Part shown: positions 33,948 through 47,962 of the stretch, piece by piece | Position numbering within the stretch: the stretch's first letter is position 1 | Layout: each line of letters begins with the position of its first letter | Assembly (NCBI GenBank): GCA_047495785.1 | Contig: JBLDXI010000029.1 | Location: 3,410,001-3,474,000, forward strand | Reading direction: 5' to 3' | DNA from: Lepidodermella squamata | Taxonomy: Eukaryota; Animalia; Gastrotricha | DNA length: 64,000 nt | Notes under the pieces: model-generated | Databases searched by the model: none | Seen by the model: only the letters and a program-made list of their open reading frames with translations | What the model was told of the DNA's origin: nothing | Translations under genes and position numbers: made by a program

Positions 33948-35871
33948 ACGCCGAGGTGATCGTAGCGGCCTGTGAGAATAGCAGTTGATGGACCTCGCTA
34001 ATGATTAAATTATTGAGCGCTTTGTAGTCGCGGATAAAACGAGGAATAAAAAGTAAAATACTGCTACATATATGATGCTGAGTATCATGCATCATGCATA
34101 TTCAGCCATTGGGCATGATTCTAATTTCATAAAAGGGTTACTGTAAAAGGTTTTTCCTTTCGCAAAATCTTCAAAAGTTGCGGTCGCAAATGGCAGCCCT
34201 GCCAACCTCGATGAGCTGGTTATATCACATAATTTTGTTGAAATTTGAAATTATCTTTTCATTCTTGAACAATGGGCTGATAAGCATTTCTATCTATTAC
34301 ATTTATTCACAGTGAAGCACATTCCTTCAAGCATTTGACGTCAGTTATGTTTTTCAGAAGTTAGTCAACGATTACGGCAATACGGCAAAGCTCGCAGCCA
34401 CGTAGTTCAAACAAGCCGGGGCAGCTGAAAACGTCGCTGCACCCAAGTCGCCGTAGTAATCGCTCGATAAAACACATGCGAAAACATATCGATGCCATGT
34501 GGGAAACGCGGGCTCCATTCATTTCTCGAGCCTCACAATTATTTCTGATCAGAGATAATAAGGACTGAATACCGATGACCTTACGACCAGGTGCGAGCAT
34601 CCGGCAAACTTTTTCATCGCCACATCTATTCTAACAATCAACGAACATAAATACGCAATAATTACATTGGTTAGGGTAGATGATGAGAAGTCGGAACAAA
34701 AAAATGATCGAGCGATCACAATTTCCATACTGTTTGGTCGCGTACTCTCCAACTTCAGCGAAGTCACCTGGCAACATATTGACACGTTGAACTATGGGAT
34801 TTCACGCACGGCTGCCGCATCGAGGCGAAAACGGCCTTACAAAATTTGTAACTCGCACCGTGCCGGTACAGCGGAACAATTGTAGATTGAATACACTTTC
34901 CCTGCCTAATTTCGATACGCTGATTACAATTGTGAAAACCGCATCTTTCTATCTATCACCGAAACCCGTCCTGAACTAAACACCCTAGAATGCTCCAAAC
35001 AAGATAATCATGTTCAGAATGCGATTTTCCTGGATTCGGTAAACAGTGACTGTGCTATGCTAATAGGAAAACCGAAACGGTAGTGTTTTCCTGTTGTTTC
35101 TTTCTCCTGGGAAAATGTCATGCTTTTCGAAATCTGTTGAAACTTTCCAGCGGAAAAAATTACACTAATTGCGGTGATAAAAATGCGGCTTTTTTCCCTG
35201 TAAAATACCCTCAATTAGGGCTATGTGAGGATCCTAATTCACCGACTTTCAACATCTGAATTTATGCCTAAAATAAGCCCAGTTCATCTACCGAAAGCAT
35301 GAATTCAGATGCTAAAACGGAATTGATAATTGTTTGATCAATTGATCAATTGATAATAAATTGATTGATTGATAACGGAATTGGCTAAAACGGAATGCTT
35401 TCGGTAAATGAATCCGGGTGATTTCAATTCCGGTGGTTGCAAAGAGAACTTGGACTTTTAGAGTTTCAGATCAATTTTTTTGAAAATATTTTGTGGCGAG
35501 AATATTTTGCAGTCACTACATATTTTCAGATAAAAAAAGACAAAGAATGGATCTTAATGAGGATATAATTATGCCGCGAATAAACGGCTTAAGTTTTGCT
35601 AACTTTATATAATAACTGTACTAGAGGCGTGTTTTGATCATTATTATGATGCGCCTCACATGCTATACTATTATTCAAACAAAAGTTTGAATATTAGCGA
35701 TAAATGTTTTTGACGCAACGACCGCGTGACAGCAGCTGGCAAAGCATGTGATAGTCAACGTTAGATCCGGGAGCCTATAAAACTGGCAGCAGTTTGGTTA
35801 ATTTTTTGTTAATTGCTATTTGGCTTCAGTTTTACTCTGGATAATCATTGCAAAATATTTTCCATCTAAGC

Positions 35872-36470
35872 ATGTTGAGCCACATTGCTATCGCTCTAAC
35901 TCTTGTCGCGGTCGTTGGTAACGCGAGGCGGCTCATTTTTTTCTAAAAATTAATGATTCTCCTCATATCTCACAGGGGCCGTTGATGACTTCGTTCTCAG
36001 CAAAGTAACATGTGCGCCCATCTACAGAACGCTTCGTTACGGACAACTTGCTTATTGCGAAGCGGCTTGCGTCAGAGCCGGCTCAGCCTGCCGAGGCTTC
36101 ACGTACGTCAGGCCAGATTGCAATCTGGCCTCGGCTTGCGACCCCAAAGGCCCTGCTGCCGACCCAAAACTCACCATCAAGAGCAAAAATCCAGGTAATC
36201 GATCGCATCTCTACCCATTGTTCACTATACTCTATGATTATTCACCCATTTTTAGTCCTGGCCAAGTTCAAGCGGCACGAATTCGTTTGCGGTGACCGTT
36301 ATACCGTTGTGAGAGTGGCCACATTTACTGATTGCGCGATTGCGTGTTCGAAAGAAGCCAAGTGCACATCTTTTATGATGTCACCCGATGGTTACAGCTG
36401 CGGCCTCAACAGTGAATGCAAGACGACTGCGGTTCCTATACCTGATGGCTACATGATATTCAAGTTGTGA
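35872..36470 (+). CDS. Paralogous PAN/Apple-like secreted protein, 3 exons
   Basis: Near-identical first exon and promoter; CAIACSKEAKCTSFMM motif. Confidence 0.72.
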
Positions 36471-37599
36471 ACGTCAAGATGATCGTGGCGACCTGTCGAG
36501 ACTGGGAGTAGATGGATCACGATAATTGTAGATCCGTGCGTGGTCGCTGATAATATGATAAATAAAATGCTACTAGGATAAATGTGGTTGAGTATGATGC
36601 AATTTCAGCCACTGACACATTGGGCAGGTTAACATAATTTCGTTACGGCGAAGTCTTTAGGGATTCAACAGATATTAATTTGATCTCGGGGCCAGATGCT
36701 GTCGCGAAGGGGAGCCCTCTATGGAATGGATATTTCACATGATTTTATTGAAAATATCCGGATTTATTTCAGTCTCTTTGGCTATTAGCATTGTTAATTA
36801 TGACATTTTCATTTTCATTTTAATCCTATTTCAATAACATTAGAACTTGAATGACTTTTAGCTGACGTTTAGCGTTTCACAGAGGCTGCGTATGCGTATG
36901 ACAGCTTAGCCAGCGCCTGTAAAAAACGCATTTCATTTTGGTGTCGGAGGCAATTTGCAATTAGGAAATTGAATTTCTCTATGGCTAGAATGAATTCTTC
37001 TATGGCAACAAATAATTTATTTAGATGGCTGGAAACTGTCACATATTTGAGCAGCATTTTGCTCGGAATTGGTCTCGAAACCCCCAGAAACCGCATTTCC
37101 CGTGAATCCTACAATAGTCTCAAAAAACAGCGAAAATCTCAATTCCACTTCAAAGCAATTTCACGTTGAAAAATTGGAATTGAATTTGATAGAAAGAGGT
37201 AAAATTCGAGGTCGGTGAAATCAATCGCGATGCAGATCCGTTCTCGTTGATTTCTGGCATTTTAAGACGTCCCGCAGATCTAATTTCTTAGGAGTTTCCT
37301 CCGGGGGTGCATTTACCTAACCATTTACCTAACTTGAAATATTTAAATCGGCATTTCAAATTTCGAGAAGAGTCAGTCCGCTCCTGGCGCGGTCTTTTTT
37401 ACTGGGAGCAAGGAAACAGGAAACTATATCTATGGGGAACACTGCTGGTATCATATACGTGGTGTTACCAAATGACATCATTTTAAGAAATAGACTCGCA
37501 ATTTTATATTGAAAATTTCTAAAGAGGTGGCTTAAAACTTCCGCGGTAAGAAGAGAGCGTCGAAAGAATTGAAACTAGCGTCTCATTTCATTCCGATAT

Positions 37600-40500
37600 C
37601 TATATCAAATTGTGCTTTGAAAAGCGAAAGTACGCAATCAGAGAACTGCTAGAAATGCCAACGATTAAAGCAAAGCAAGATGTCAACAGTGTCAAAGCTC
37701 GGCCATTTTGGTGAATAATTAGCCCGATCAATACTGTTCCAAAAATGATCGTTACCAAGCCAAAGGTAAGATAGCTCCACATTTTTTGTTGAATCTTCAA
37801 AGCTGCCATTTTCGGAGTAACAGTCCTCCCATTCTTCAACAAGCCTTTGATCATTGATGAACAACTCAGGGCTGAGAATACAAGTTCGAGGCAACTTAGC
37901 ATTACGATAACAGCTGCCATCGAAACAAGAATTATTGAAAGATTTGTTGTGAAAATCTGCCCCGCATCGCATTCTAAGGTAACGAAGTTCAACTTGAGGC
38001 TTTCGTCAAATGGCGAGAAAATTGTTTGTAAGATTTTTTTCCGGTTAGTTAACGGCGAGGTGATTACAGCTGCAATGAAAAGTATAGAGGAGAGTCCAAG
38101 TAATACAGCGAGAACTCGGCTACGTAGCTTCCTTCCCCCGGCTGTGACAGCAAGAGATGTGGCACGTGATGCAATACTACGAGAGTGGTTAGATCTATCC
38201 GAGTACGGATATACTCTCCTGAGCTTGGGAGCATTTTTCAATTCATTCGCAATAGCATTCTTCAGCCAGCCTAATCGAAGCAGTAACCCAGCCGCAACAA
38301 CGCTTAATCCTACCCAGAATAGGACCGACATTATCGAGCAGTAGTACTGGAGATCAGAGGAGAAGCTGATTGGAATGACAACGGCATGGGCCAAAAGTAA
38401 GACATCTCCAAATACGATTAACACATCGGAAAATGACAGGGGGTTAAGTTTTGTATACATTCCTGGAAGTTTCGCCCATTTCGAGGCAACAAGGATACTG
38501 AGAATAAGCAGGTTTGCAGCGCAAAGGCCTGAAAATCTCGGTAAGTTACCAAACAATTATACTCCCGCAAAATCGACTTACATTTTATCAAAATATTGAG
38601 GGGTACGTCTAGAACAGACAGGTGGACGATTTCCATTCGTACCTCGTCTTTAGGAGGCATCCCGTCATATGTATTCCAAGATAGCGCATTCTCATAGAAG
38701 ACCAATGGGTTAGCAGGCCTCAGGTTTGACTTGTAATATCCAACTGATTTTAGATAAGAGAACATTGCGCTAGAATTGCTTCTATCTATGACCCCCTGCT
38801 GATAGACAACAGGCATGCTACCTGATGACCAAGCTGTGCTTCGATCGAACGAGTATTCGCCCTTCAATCCCGTCATGGAGAAGTTGTATATTTCATCTTG
38901 AATAATTCGAAGAATTCTTCTTGGGTCAATCGCGTAGTTCTTGCTGTATATAAACCAATCGGCTAGCGTCATGTTTTCTGATTAAAACCGAGCTGAAGTT
39001 TGAGGGATAGTCAATGAATCTAACCTACCTTTTCTCAAAGCTGCCTCTGTTTGATTCAAAATCAGGCCGATCGCTATGTATTTGTCGTAGTAAGCCGGTA
39101 TCCAATAATCCCAACCGAATACTTCGTCGGGGTTTTCAACCTCATCTCTTATTCGCCCTGTTAGATCTCCCAGAGTGATTCCTGTAACGTCCGAATGGTT
39201 CGACCCGTAAATATCGGCTAAAGGCGCGTCTCCAAGGAAGAAAGTCGACCTCAAAATATCTAGTAGCATATTCGGGGTACACCAAGGTGAGAGATGCGGT
39301 GGGAGTTCTCCCGTGTTATCGAAGTTACTCCAGATGAACGAGATCAATACGAATCCTGGACCGTACAGTCCGTGTTTGTGAAGGTAACAAGCAACAGGAA
39401 CGTTGAAGAAGTTTAGCGAGACGATGATCCGAGGCTCTCTGAGCTTGAACTCGCTGAAGAGCGATTCCAGCTCATATGAATCATCCGTGTTAGACCTCAG
39501 TCTGCCAAGGTAAGCTAAAGTCACATTTCTTTCATCCAAGTTGGCAATCAAGCTTTTTTCCAGCTGAAAGTAAATTCATGAGTTTTCGAGTAACCTACTA
39601 ATTCAATGTCCTTACCATTTCATTGTACGAATCGGAGTCACTGATGACTGAAATTCGTTTCCAACCATTCTTAACAATAAACTCAGCCAAAGCATCAATG
39701 TAGTAATCCGCCCTTCCGCCGAGCGAATAGATATTGCGGTATAACTCTCGATTTTCATAGAACTTGATATCGTTCGAGTAGGTTGATATAGCTAAGATTT
39801 TATGGGCCTTGGCGAACAAAGCTGATAAAGTCTGTGAGGGGCCATTGCACTCTGTCAGAGCTAGTATCGGAAATCTCGATTCGGCAGTCGACTGCTCCTC
39901 CAGCTTTGGGATCAGATTCTTGATGACAACAGCTTCATTGCACTGGAAAAAAACTTTCTATAAGCAGGCTACTACAAGGGAAGGAGGCGAAACTGGATTA
40001 ATGAACAATGGTTTTTAATCCGTGTCCAAGCACACAGAAGCGAGAAAAAGACATCGAAAAGTGTGTTTTACGAAAGTGGAAAAAAATTGAAATTGAAAAA
40101 ATCGCTCTGCATCTTTCCATGCAAAAGTATCGTAGGGGATAACTCATCATGCAGACTTCCGATATTCGATTTGAAAATATATTCGTACTCGTCTCAACGA
40201 GCGACGAGTAGACCACGATAGGCTATTTATTTTTGAAAATTACCCTAAAACTTTATTTTTTATAAATTGTCAAAGTTTCCGTTATTTTTTTTTTAATATT
40301 TTTGGCTTTGGAAAACATTCGTTTTTCATTTTATTTTATGGCTAAATATATAAAGATCTCATTGGACCTCTCGCGACAGAACTCGGGTTAATTTCGAGTT
40401 ATTAGCATGTGTTAGTTTTATTTATAGTAGGCCCTCGGGCGGCGATATAGGCTCGAGTTATTTGAATGAAAAACATTGGCTCGTCAAACGAAGACAAATT

Positions 40501-41259
40501 TGATATTAAATATAATAATTTTGACGAATTTCGATTTTGGTGTCTATTTTTTTAATGTAAAGAGCCTAAATTTGTTGTTTCTTGAGTTTCCCAATATGTA
40601 ATGCGAAATGAGCTGCGAAATAAGTAACGCCGAGTGAAACGTGAATTGCAAATTACAATGAATCATGCAAAAAAGATAATAAACAACTCTGCTTGTAGGC
40701 AAAATTACCATAAAATTTTAAATTTCGCGCCAAAAAAACATGTGTCAAGGTCGAATTTTCAAAAAATAGCCTATCGTTATGAGAAACACGTGTTTAGGTA
40801 AACTGGAAATTATCAAGTCGTGGAAATTCGTATTTCAATAGTTATCCCCTAATAATCGATCAAAAAAATCGATGAAATTTCGGCACACACTTTTGAGGTC
40901 TTTTTCAAAAAATTTCTGAACGCCAGATGGTGCAAAAATAATCCAGTTTCGCCTCCTTCCCTTGGGCTACTAATATTCATGAGACTTACGTCATCTTGAA
41001 CAAGCTCGAAAGCCAGGTCGTAATTTGGGAGCCAGTTGTCAAGAGATCGTAGGCGCTCCAGTGCGAATTCGGCGACCACACTGGCCATTGGACCGATTGG
41101 GATGTTTCCTCTGTAAATCGTTGAAGCAAGGACTTTGATTGTCTGACGGGCATCAGATGAAGAGTTGAGTCTAACGAGGTCTTGCATTTCTTCAGTCAGA
41201 CTATGCTTCGATGAAGCTTTATCGAGGAAAGTAAGCCAAATGAATACAAAGATTATCAT
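37600..41259 (-). CDS. GABA-B-like class C GPCR, multi-exon, with a MITE in intron 1
   Basis: Exon ORFs collinear with the paralogs; 7 TM segments; ends FRFSKHNLI. Confidence 0.85.
39975..40964. mobile_element. Non-autonomous DNA transposon (P- or hAT-like), 990 bp
   Basis: 26-bp TIR CAAGGGAAGGAGGCGAAACTGGATTA; 8-bp TSD GGCTACTA (39967-39974 and 40965-40972). Confidence 0.9.
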
Positions 41260-41907
41260 TTTCAACTTCACGCTTTGGAAGTATATGTAAAATATCAAGT
41301 GATACCAGGTTAATATTGTTGCTTTAAACCTGCCGCGGACTTCCTCCTGGATACAGCAGCAGCATCGTTCTACGCTAATAGGATATTATTCCCTTAATAA
41401 GATGAAAACTGAGCTCAAGTCCGTGCTGGGGCGTGGTATTTGACGGAAATCAACGGAGGAATGAGCGAAATTCTTGAAAGCTTGCAAACCTAAGTCTAGA
41501 TCATTGTAATTTGACATTTGTTTTGAGGCTGGTAAAGTCAAGACTCGCCTAGGATATTCGATATAAAAGCATCCTGCACGTTAATGCCAGTGGAATAAGA
41601 TTCATTCAACTTCCTATAAGAGCGATGTCAGTTCCGTAACCCCCGCCACTTCGTGCAGCTGTAGGGAATACTGATGGGGATAATGTGTGTGTTTGCGCGC
41701 ACATTTCCTTTATCACGCAAAGAAGGCTCCCCATTTGTCCTAGTCAATGTCATCCAATCGCGATTGATGGACCTCCTTTTCAAGCGGGAACGCCGCCTCA
41801 ATTTTTGTTCTAGTTTATTCAACTCAGCCATACATTAATCGAACATTTAATCTACCTATCATAATCAAAGCAGCTGAAAATTTCATGAAAAATCTGAATT
41901 CGCAGAA

Positions 41908-44453
41908 CTAGCTGATGTAATACTGATACCAAGATATCCCTGCGCTAATATTTGCTATTGCAACGCAAAACACAGCCATCATAATCGTCAGCGCTTGTCC
42001 ATTGCCAGAAATTAGTACGCTGATGAGTGTACCCGCGATCAATGTCGAAGTTAATGCATAAACAAAGGTTCGCCACAACTTGAGAGAAACTAAGCCATTC
42101 GCAATCAGCATTTGTTTAGCAATTTTCACATTATTGCGGACTGAATGGGTTATCAATGTGCAGCAATAATATGCCGATACTGTCAACTTCAAGTTTGAGA
42201 GAGTGAAACAAATTATAGATATCGAGATCATTACGGTCGAAGCCGTAGAACCAGATAACAAACTGGCCGCGTCACAATCTTGCCGGTACCTATTGTAAAC
42301 CAAACTAGCGTCATTCCGCGATACAGTCGATTCGATGAAGATCGATTTGGAATCAACTTGAGCCAGGCACAGTGCTATGAAAAATAAAATGATTGACAAG
42401 ATTGGGAAAATAAGCCCTATCCAGTTCTTCGAATGTTCGACATCCCTAATTCTCCACAATTTGGGTTCTATTTTGTTCCCATGCATATTCAGCGATTTCT
42501 TCGCGCGGGAGTCTAGTCGAATCCGTATCGCTTTGATTGCTTGCCTTGCAAAATCGAATTTCAAAGCTAAGCCCATTGAAATCGTGTTAAGACCAAACCA
42601 TACAGTTGCGGCCATTGTGGAGCAAATAGCGCTGAAGTTTGAACTGTAACTGACTGGCAAGAAGAACATATGAGCCAGCAACATTACAGACCCGAAGTTT
42701 ATCAGAAATTCGCTACTTTTGAATGTTCTGCGCAGAAATATCAGGAGAAAAAGAGAACAAGAGGAAACAGCTGCGATCGTCATAAGAGATACAGTTCCAG
42801 CCATTGTTAAGGTGGGCGAATGCAGAGTCCTATACAAAATTGTATCTCTAGGAGCCAGTCTGTCACTGGTGCGCCATAGAATGTTTCCGCGGAACAAAAC
42901 TAGCTCATCTTTCGGTTTCAAGTTCGACTTGTAGTAGCCAACAGTTTTCAAATTGCTTGTGTTTGTTGTTGAGTTAACCTGTACTTGTTGAAAGATGATT
43001 GGCATGCTGCCCGATGACCAAGCGTCGGAAATATCGAAAGAATACTCCCCTTTGAGTCCAACCATCGAAAATTTATAGATTTGCTCCCGAAGGACATCCA
43101 TAATTTTGTGAGGATTCGTTAGGAATTTTTCCTTGTTTGTAAACCAATCCGATAGCGACATATTCTCTAAGAAAAAAACAATTTTCATTCCCATGAATAG
43201 GTGAATTATCGCTTACCCTTCTTAAGCGCGGCTTCCGTTTGGTTGAGGATCAATCCTATTGCTACATATTTATCGTAGAACATCGGTAGAAGATATTCAA
43301 ACCCATAAACCTCGTCTGTGTTTTCTACTTCACGTCGAACTGCAGCCGATACATTATCCCAAGTGAGGCCCATCAAGCCTTTATGATCAGGCCCGTAAAT
43401 TTCCGAAAGATCGGCATCACCCGAGTAAAATGTCCCCTTGAGAACGTCGATTAGCATATAACTTTTGCACCATTTTGCCAAATCAGGGGGTATAGGCGAC
43501 GTTTCACTGAAATACGTCCACGAGAATGCGAATAGGACGTAATCGGGGCCATAGAAGCCGAATTTATGGAGATAACATGCAATTGTGAGACTGTCCATGG
43601 CCAATGACAGGATAATACGAGGTTCTCGTTTTTTCAGCTCTTGAAAAGTCGACTCAAGCTCGTAAGAATCCGTTGTAAACTGCCTCAGTTTCGCGAAGAA
43701 GGCAAGGGTTACGTTGAACTGGTCGAGGTTTTGTAACAGTGATTGCTCAGTCTGAAATGTAATTTATACCTTGAAAATTGAGTGGAAAACGGCCAAAGAT
43801 TTACGAATTCATTGAAGCTGTTGTTGTCGCTGATTACTGAAACCCGCTTCCATCCCATTTTCACCAGGAATCGAACCAGAGCGATGACGTAGTAGTCCAT
43901 TCTTTCTCCGAGGGTGAAGTAGGATTGATTAAATTGTCGATGTCTATACAGCCTTAAGTCCGCTGAATATACAGTCAAACCTACGTAATTATATGGCTGA
44001 ATGATCAATGCCGAGAGTCTTTGGTTTATTGTCGAGCATTCTGGAGCAGCGTATAAGGGAAATCTTCCATTAACATTACTTTGTTGTTCCAGCTTCGTCA
44101 TAAGGTGATCTCTCATTTTAACAGGTTCGCACTGCAAAATTCGATATTTTTAGAAATTATATGAAACAATTGATTCTTACATCATCGACAACAGTCTCGA
44201 ATACTATGTCATAGTTGGGTAACCAATTTGGCAGGCCTCTCAGTTGTTTCAGAGCGAATTGCGCTATTGCAGTAGAAGTCGGACCCAGGTTGTAGAGACC
44301 GCTGTATAGTGTCGATGTCAAAATGTTAATTATCTTCCTTGTTGAGTTGTCGTTCGTGAGACCAATCAGGTCTGGTTGAGTTTCATTCAGCGGCATTTTG
44401 CTAGATCCAGCAGCAATGAAACTAGTTACCAAGATCAAACTTACAAATCCCAT
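41908..44453 (-). CDS. GABA-B-like class C GPCR, divergent paralog
   Basis: Same exon series; GWKRVSVIS, GLKGEYSFD and 7TM region. Confidence 0.85.
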
Positions 44454-45301
44454 TCTGGTTTCTCGAAGGATTTCTGAACTCGAATGAAGGGGGCTATTAG
44501 TTCGATGTAATTGCTAAAAACTTGCAATCTATCGATTTGCAGAGCTACAGTTGGCTGAGATAAACAGCAATAACTAATTAATTATGTCAAATATTCTGAA
44601 GAGGCGTTCATAAAATTAGCTCATTCAGATACTGTATTTTCCGTTATAAGAGCATGGGGCCTTATATGCTCAAAGCTGTTTAAAAGGGGGTTGTAAACGA
44701 GCATGCGGCTTTATTGCGCCAGAGCAGTTTTCAGGTGAAAATGTCTGTAAAAATCAGTACTACGAACATTTTTAAACCAGATAATCGGTACAGTTATTCG
44801 TCAAAATCAAACAAATTGTTCTCATTCGTTCGGTTTTCTTCCATTTCGTTCCTAATAGTGCGATCTCGCAACAATTTATCAGGGTTTTTTTAAGATTTCG
44901 TTTGGTGTTTACAAAATCGGTTTTGGTGTTAACACATAAAACCATAAAAACTGTGAATCAGCTTGTGAATCAATACATTTTTCGGGGGATCCCAGCTTCA
45001 GCAAGTCAGAAGTCTCATTGGACCTGCCTTGGTTTTTTTTTGCCGATGTTCAAGACATGTCCAATAACTCTTAAACCTAATCATCAAACCAGCATTACCT
45101 TTAACTTGGGTCATTATAGTCCGGCTTTGCAGGATCAAAGGTCACAATATGCAAAAAAAACATTCGCGCGCAGCATGGCGTTTCGCGAAGTCGTCATTTC
45201 GTCGTCTTGTTGTTTTATCGTCATTTCTGCGATTATTGATTTGGAATTAGGTATACTTTGTGTTCTTCGCTTTTATATTTTAAAATATTTTTTCTCTAGC
45301 A

Positions 45302-45865
45302 ATGACAACTACTACCACTCCTGGACTCAATCCGCCGGGGAGGAAAAGAAGGCTGGTGTTGGACGATACAATCACAGATACGCAGCTGATGAACGAGCTT
45401 TCGAAGATTGTTATCGCCGGTAGGCCACCACCTCCAGAGAAAAAGTTGAAATTTCGCGATATTCTAGTTGCGGCCAACAACTATGAAGGTATATTGGCAT
45501 TGCCTCAAGGTGTATTTGTAGGATTAAATTATTTGTTTGTAGGCGGCTCGACAAGATGGACGTTCCCGTTGATGAATTCCTTGCGCCACATACATGCCTA
45601 TATGGTCATCGTAGACAGATCGAGAACCGCCCCCGGTTCAGCGTATGATTCTTGGATGGCGCAAAACCCGGAAGATGCTGATGGCAAATTTGAACGTCGT
45701 ATAGGCAAGACTCGAACGGCAATTCTGCGAAAAATAGCTGAGCTGGATCGCGATATCCGCTATGGCTTTTTTACTTTCGACTACAACGAAGATGACTATA
45801 ACGTAGAATGGAAAGAAAAGGATGGAACTTTGAAATGGGTGGTTAATAAAAAAGCTGATATCTAA
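45302..45865 (+). CDS. Transposon second gene, family unknown
   Basis: ATG-initiated ORF with basic NLS-like RKRR; possible in-frame intron 45489-45542; convergent with the transposase. Confidence 0.6.
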   Translation: MTTTTTPGLNPPGRKRRLVLDDTITDTQLMNELSKIVIAGRPPPPEKKLKFRDILVAANNYEGILALPQGVFVGLNYLFVGGSTRWTFPLMNSLRHIHAYMVIVDRSRTAPGSAYDSWMAQNPEDADGKFERRIGKTRTAILRKIAELDRDIRYGFFTFDYNEDDYNVEWKEKDGTLKWVVNKKADI

Positions 45866-45961
45866 TTATTAATATGAATATGTTGTGATGCGGAATGAAG
45901 AACGTTTATTTTGAACTATGAATCAAATCAATAAAGAACTTGTACGAACTTATAGGCTGAA

Positions 45962-47962
45962 TTAAGCCATTGTTTTCAAACATAAAACTCGATTGTCATT
46001 CTCCAAAGCCTGACGAGCAACAGAATACGAATTTGTGGTACATGAAGTGAGGTGATTCATAACTTTTTTGTTCTTCAGTTCCACATTTTTGGTACACAGA
46101 GCGTTTAGGTCGAATTCCTCCAGATATTCGTAGATGTGATAGCTCAAGATGTGCGCATAGGAAGTAACCTTTCTAACGACGGCTTTCCAAGTTTCAGCGA
46201 AGCGATTCACCATTATTTTGCCAATTGTTGACGTCAAAGTTCCAGCTGATCGCCGTTTAACGTCATCAAACACAACTTGCGAGGTCAACATCAATTTCTT
46301 TAACAATTTCAAACGGTGTTCAAACAAAGAAGTTAGTTGGAACTGATCAGGGATGAAGAAGGCTTCCTTCAGATTCATCGAGCCAAGCCTTTCAGCGAAA
46401 GCCGAAAAAGCCTGAAACAGGGATAGAAATAGCTTTTAAGGTAAAATTGCTTCAAGATCAAATCGAACGTGAGCCAATCCGTGGTGATTGGTATGTTTGA
46501 TAGAGGGAGTGATCGTTGGGCACCATTTATTGAAATCAACACGGATAACCTTGCGCTTCCTCGTATCTGTAGACTCCAGAAACTCAGCCAACTTGAGCGC
46601 ACTAGGCTTCAGATTCATGGAAAAATATATTCGAAATGTCTGCTTCGGATCGAAATAGAATATAAGTTTTCATTCGAATAAGTAAAATTTACCGCTTGAA
46701 ACAACATCTTCGGAATATTCACTTCCATGTGGAAAGTATCAGGGAGAATGACAAACTTCTTTCTAGGAAGCCGAATCATGGGCGAACAGGACTTGGACCA
46801 GCCTTTCTTACCACGCCATTTTTGACTGAACAGATCATATCTTCGGCGCTTATATTTGAGCTTGGATACCGATAGCGGGCTGCTCAACTGACGCCTTAAA
46901 CGAGTTTGATAGTAACGAGAGAGAGGGGATTTCTGAGCCAGAGGAGAATTTCTCAATTTTGGTTTTGCTACGTCTGATTCCCGGAATTCGCAATCAGTAC
47001 AACGATAGTCTGTGTTCTGATGACCACAGGCTAATAATTTTGTTAACATTGAATAATCGCATAAAGCAATAAGGCGAAAGTCATAGTCGACGCCGTCTTG
47101 ATTCACTCCGGTGCGAACGCAATTAATCAAATTTTCAATAAATGGGGCAAAAAAAAGGCGGAGATTCTCGCTATTTTCCTCTCCCCGATAAAAAGCCATC
47201 AGGTGCTCGTCATCCACTGTAACACGGGATTTATGCTCGACTAAGCATAAGTTCGCCATGACATTGCCAAGCACCTGACTTGTGCGACCTTTCATTCCGT
47301 CCAGCTGAAGCCTTACGTCATTTACATGTTCAGCCGACAACTCGCCGTTTTCATGCCATATTTTTGCCAAATCAGACATTGATCTCCATGAACTAATACC
47401 TGGGAGCATCACTCAAGTTCAGGGGAAATTAAAAATAATTAAAAAATAACTACCATTCACGTCATGAATCGGAATATAATTGCCCATAGCCTTTCGAACC
47501 CTGAAAAATAGGTCCTTTGAAACATCATCAAAGCCTAAATCCTTCTTCATCCCGAGAATCTGATTAGCACCCAGGCGATGACGCAGTCCATATGCAACCA
47601 TCCTGACAAATATTTAAGATGGGATTTATCATGTTTAGCTGATGCTTTCTGAAATTTTTTATCACTCACGCCTTAGCCCTAGACTCAGGATGTTGAATAG
47701 TAGGTTCTTTTGAGGGCCATTGGGCTTCTACAACCCCGTAGCCATCGTACTCTATTCTTAGAGTGGCTTTGCTAACAACGGCGCCATTCATAGTGGCTCC
47801 TAGCGAAGTGGACGGTAATTGTTGTAGGTGTATCAACTGAGCCTTCTCGGCTCTTGCTATAACACTTCGTTTTTTTAAACCAATAATCGAATCAGCCTTC
47901 GGTCGGGAACGACTGAGAGTTTGCTGGAGCTTAACCTGATCGACTGGAACTGAATATCTCAT
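45962..47962 (-). CDS. RAG1-core-like DDE transposase, about 5 exons, ~600 aa
   Basis: Motifs QLDGM, CDYSML, CTDC, PDTFH, YAHILSYH and NVELKNK appear in RAG1-core order; 40-65-bp introns join the ORFs in frame. Confidence 0.75.

Noticed and set aside
35283-35412. Small inverted repeat (TTCATCTACCGAAAGCAT...ATGCTTTCGGTAAATGAA)
   Set aside because: Probably a MITE remnant, but ends and TSD could not be defined
45302-45865. RAG2-like gene
   Set aside because: Too short; no GG-kelch repeats or PHD finger visible
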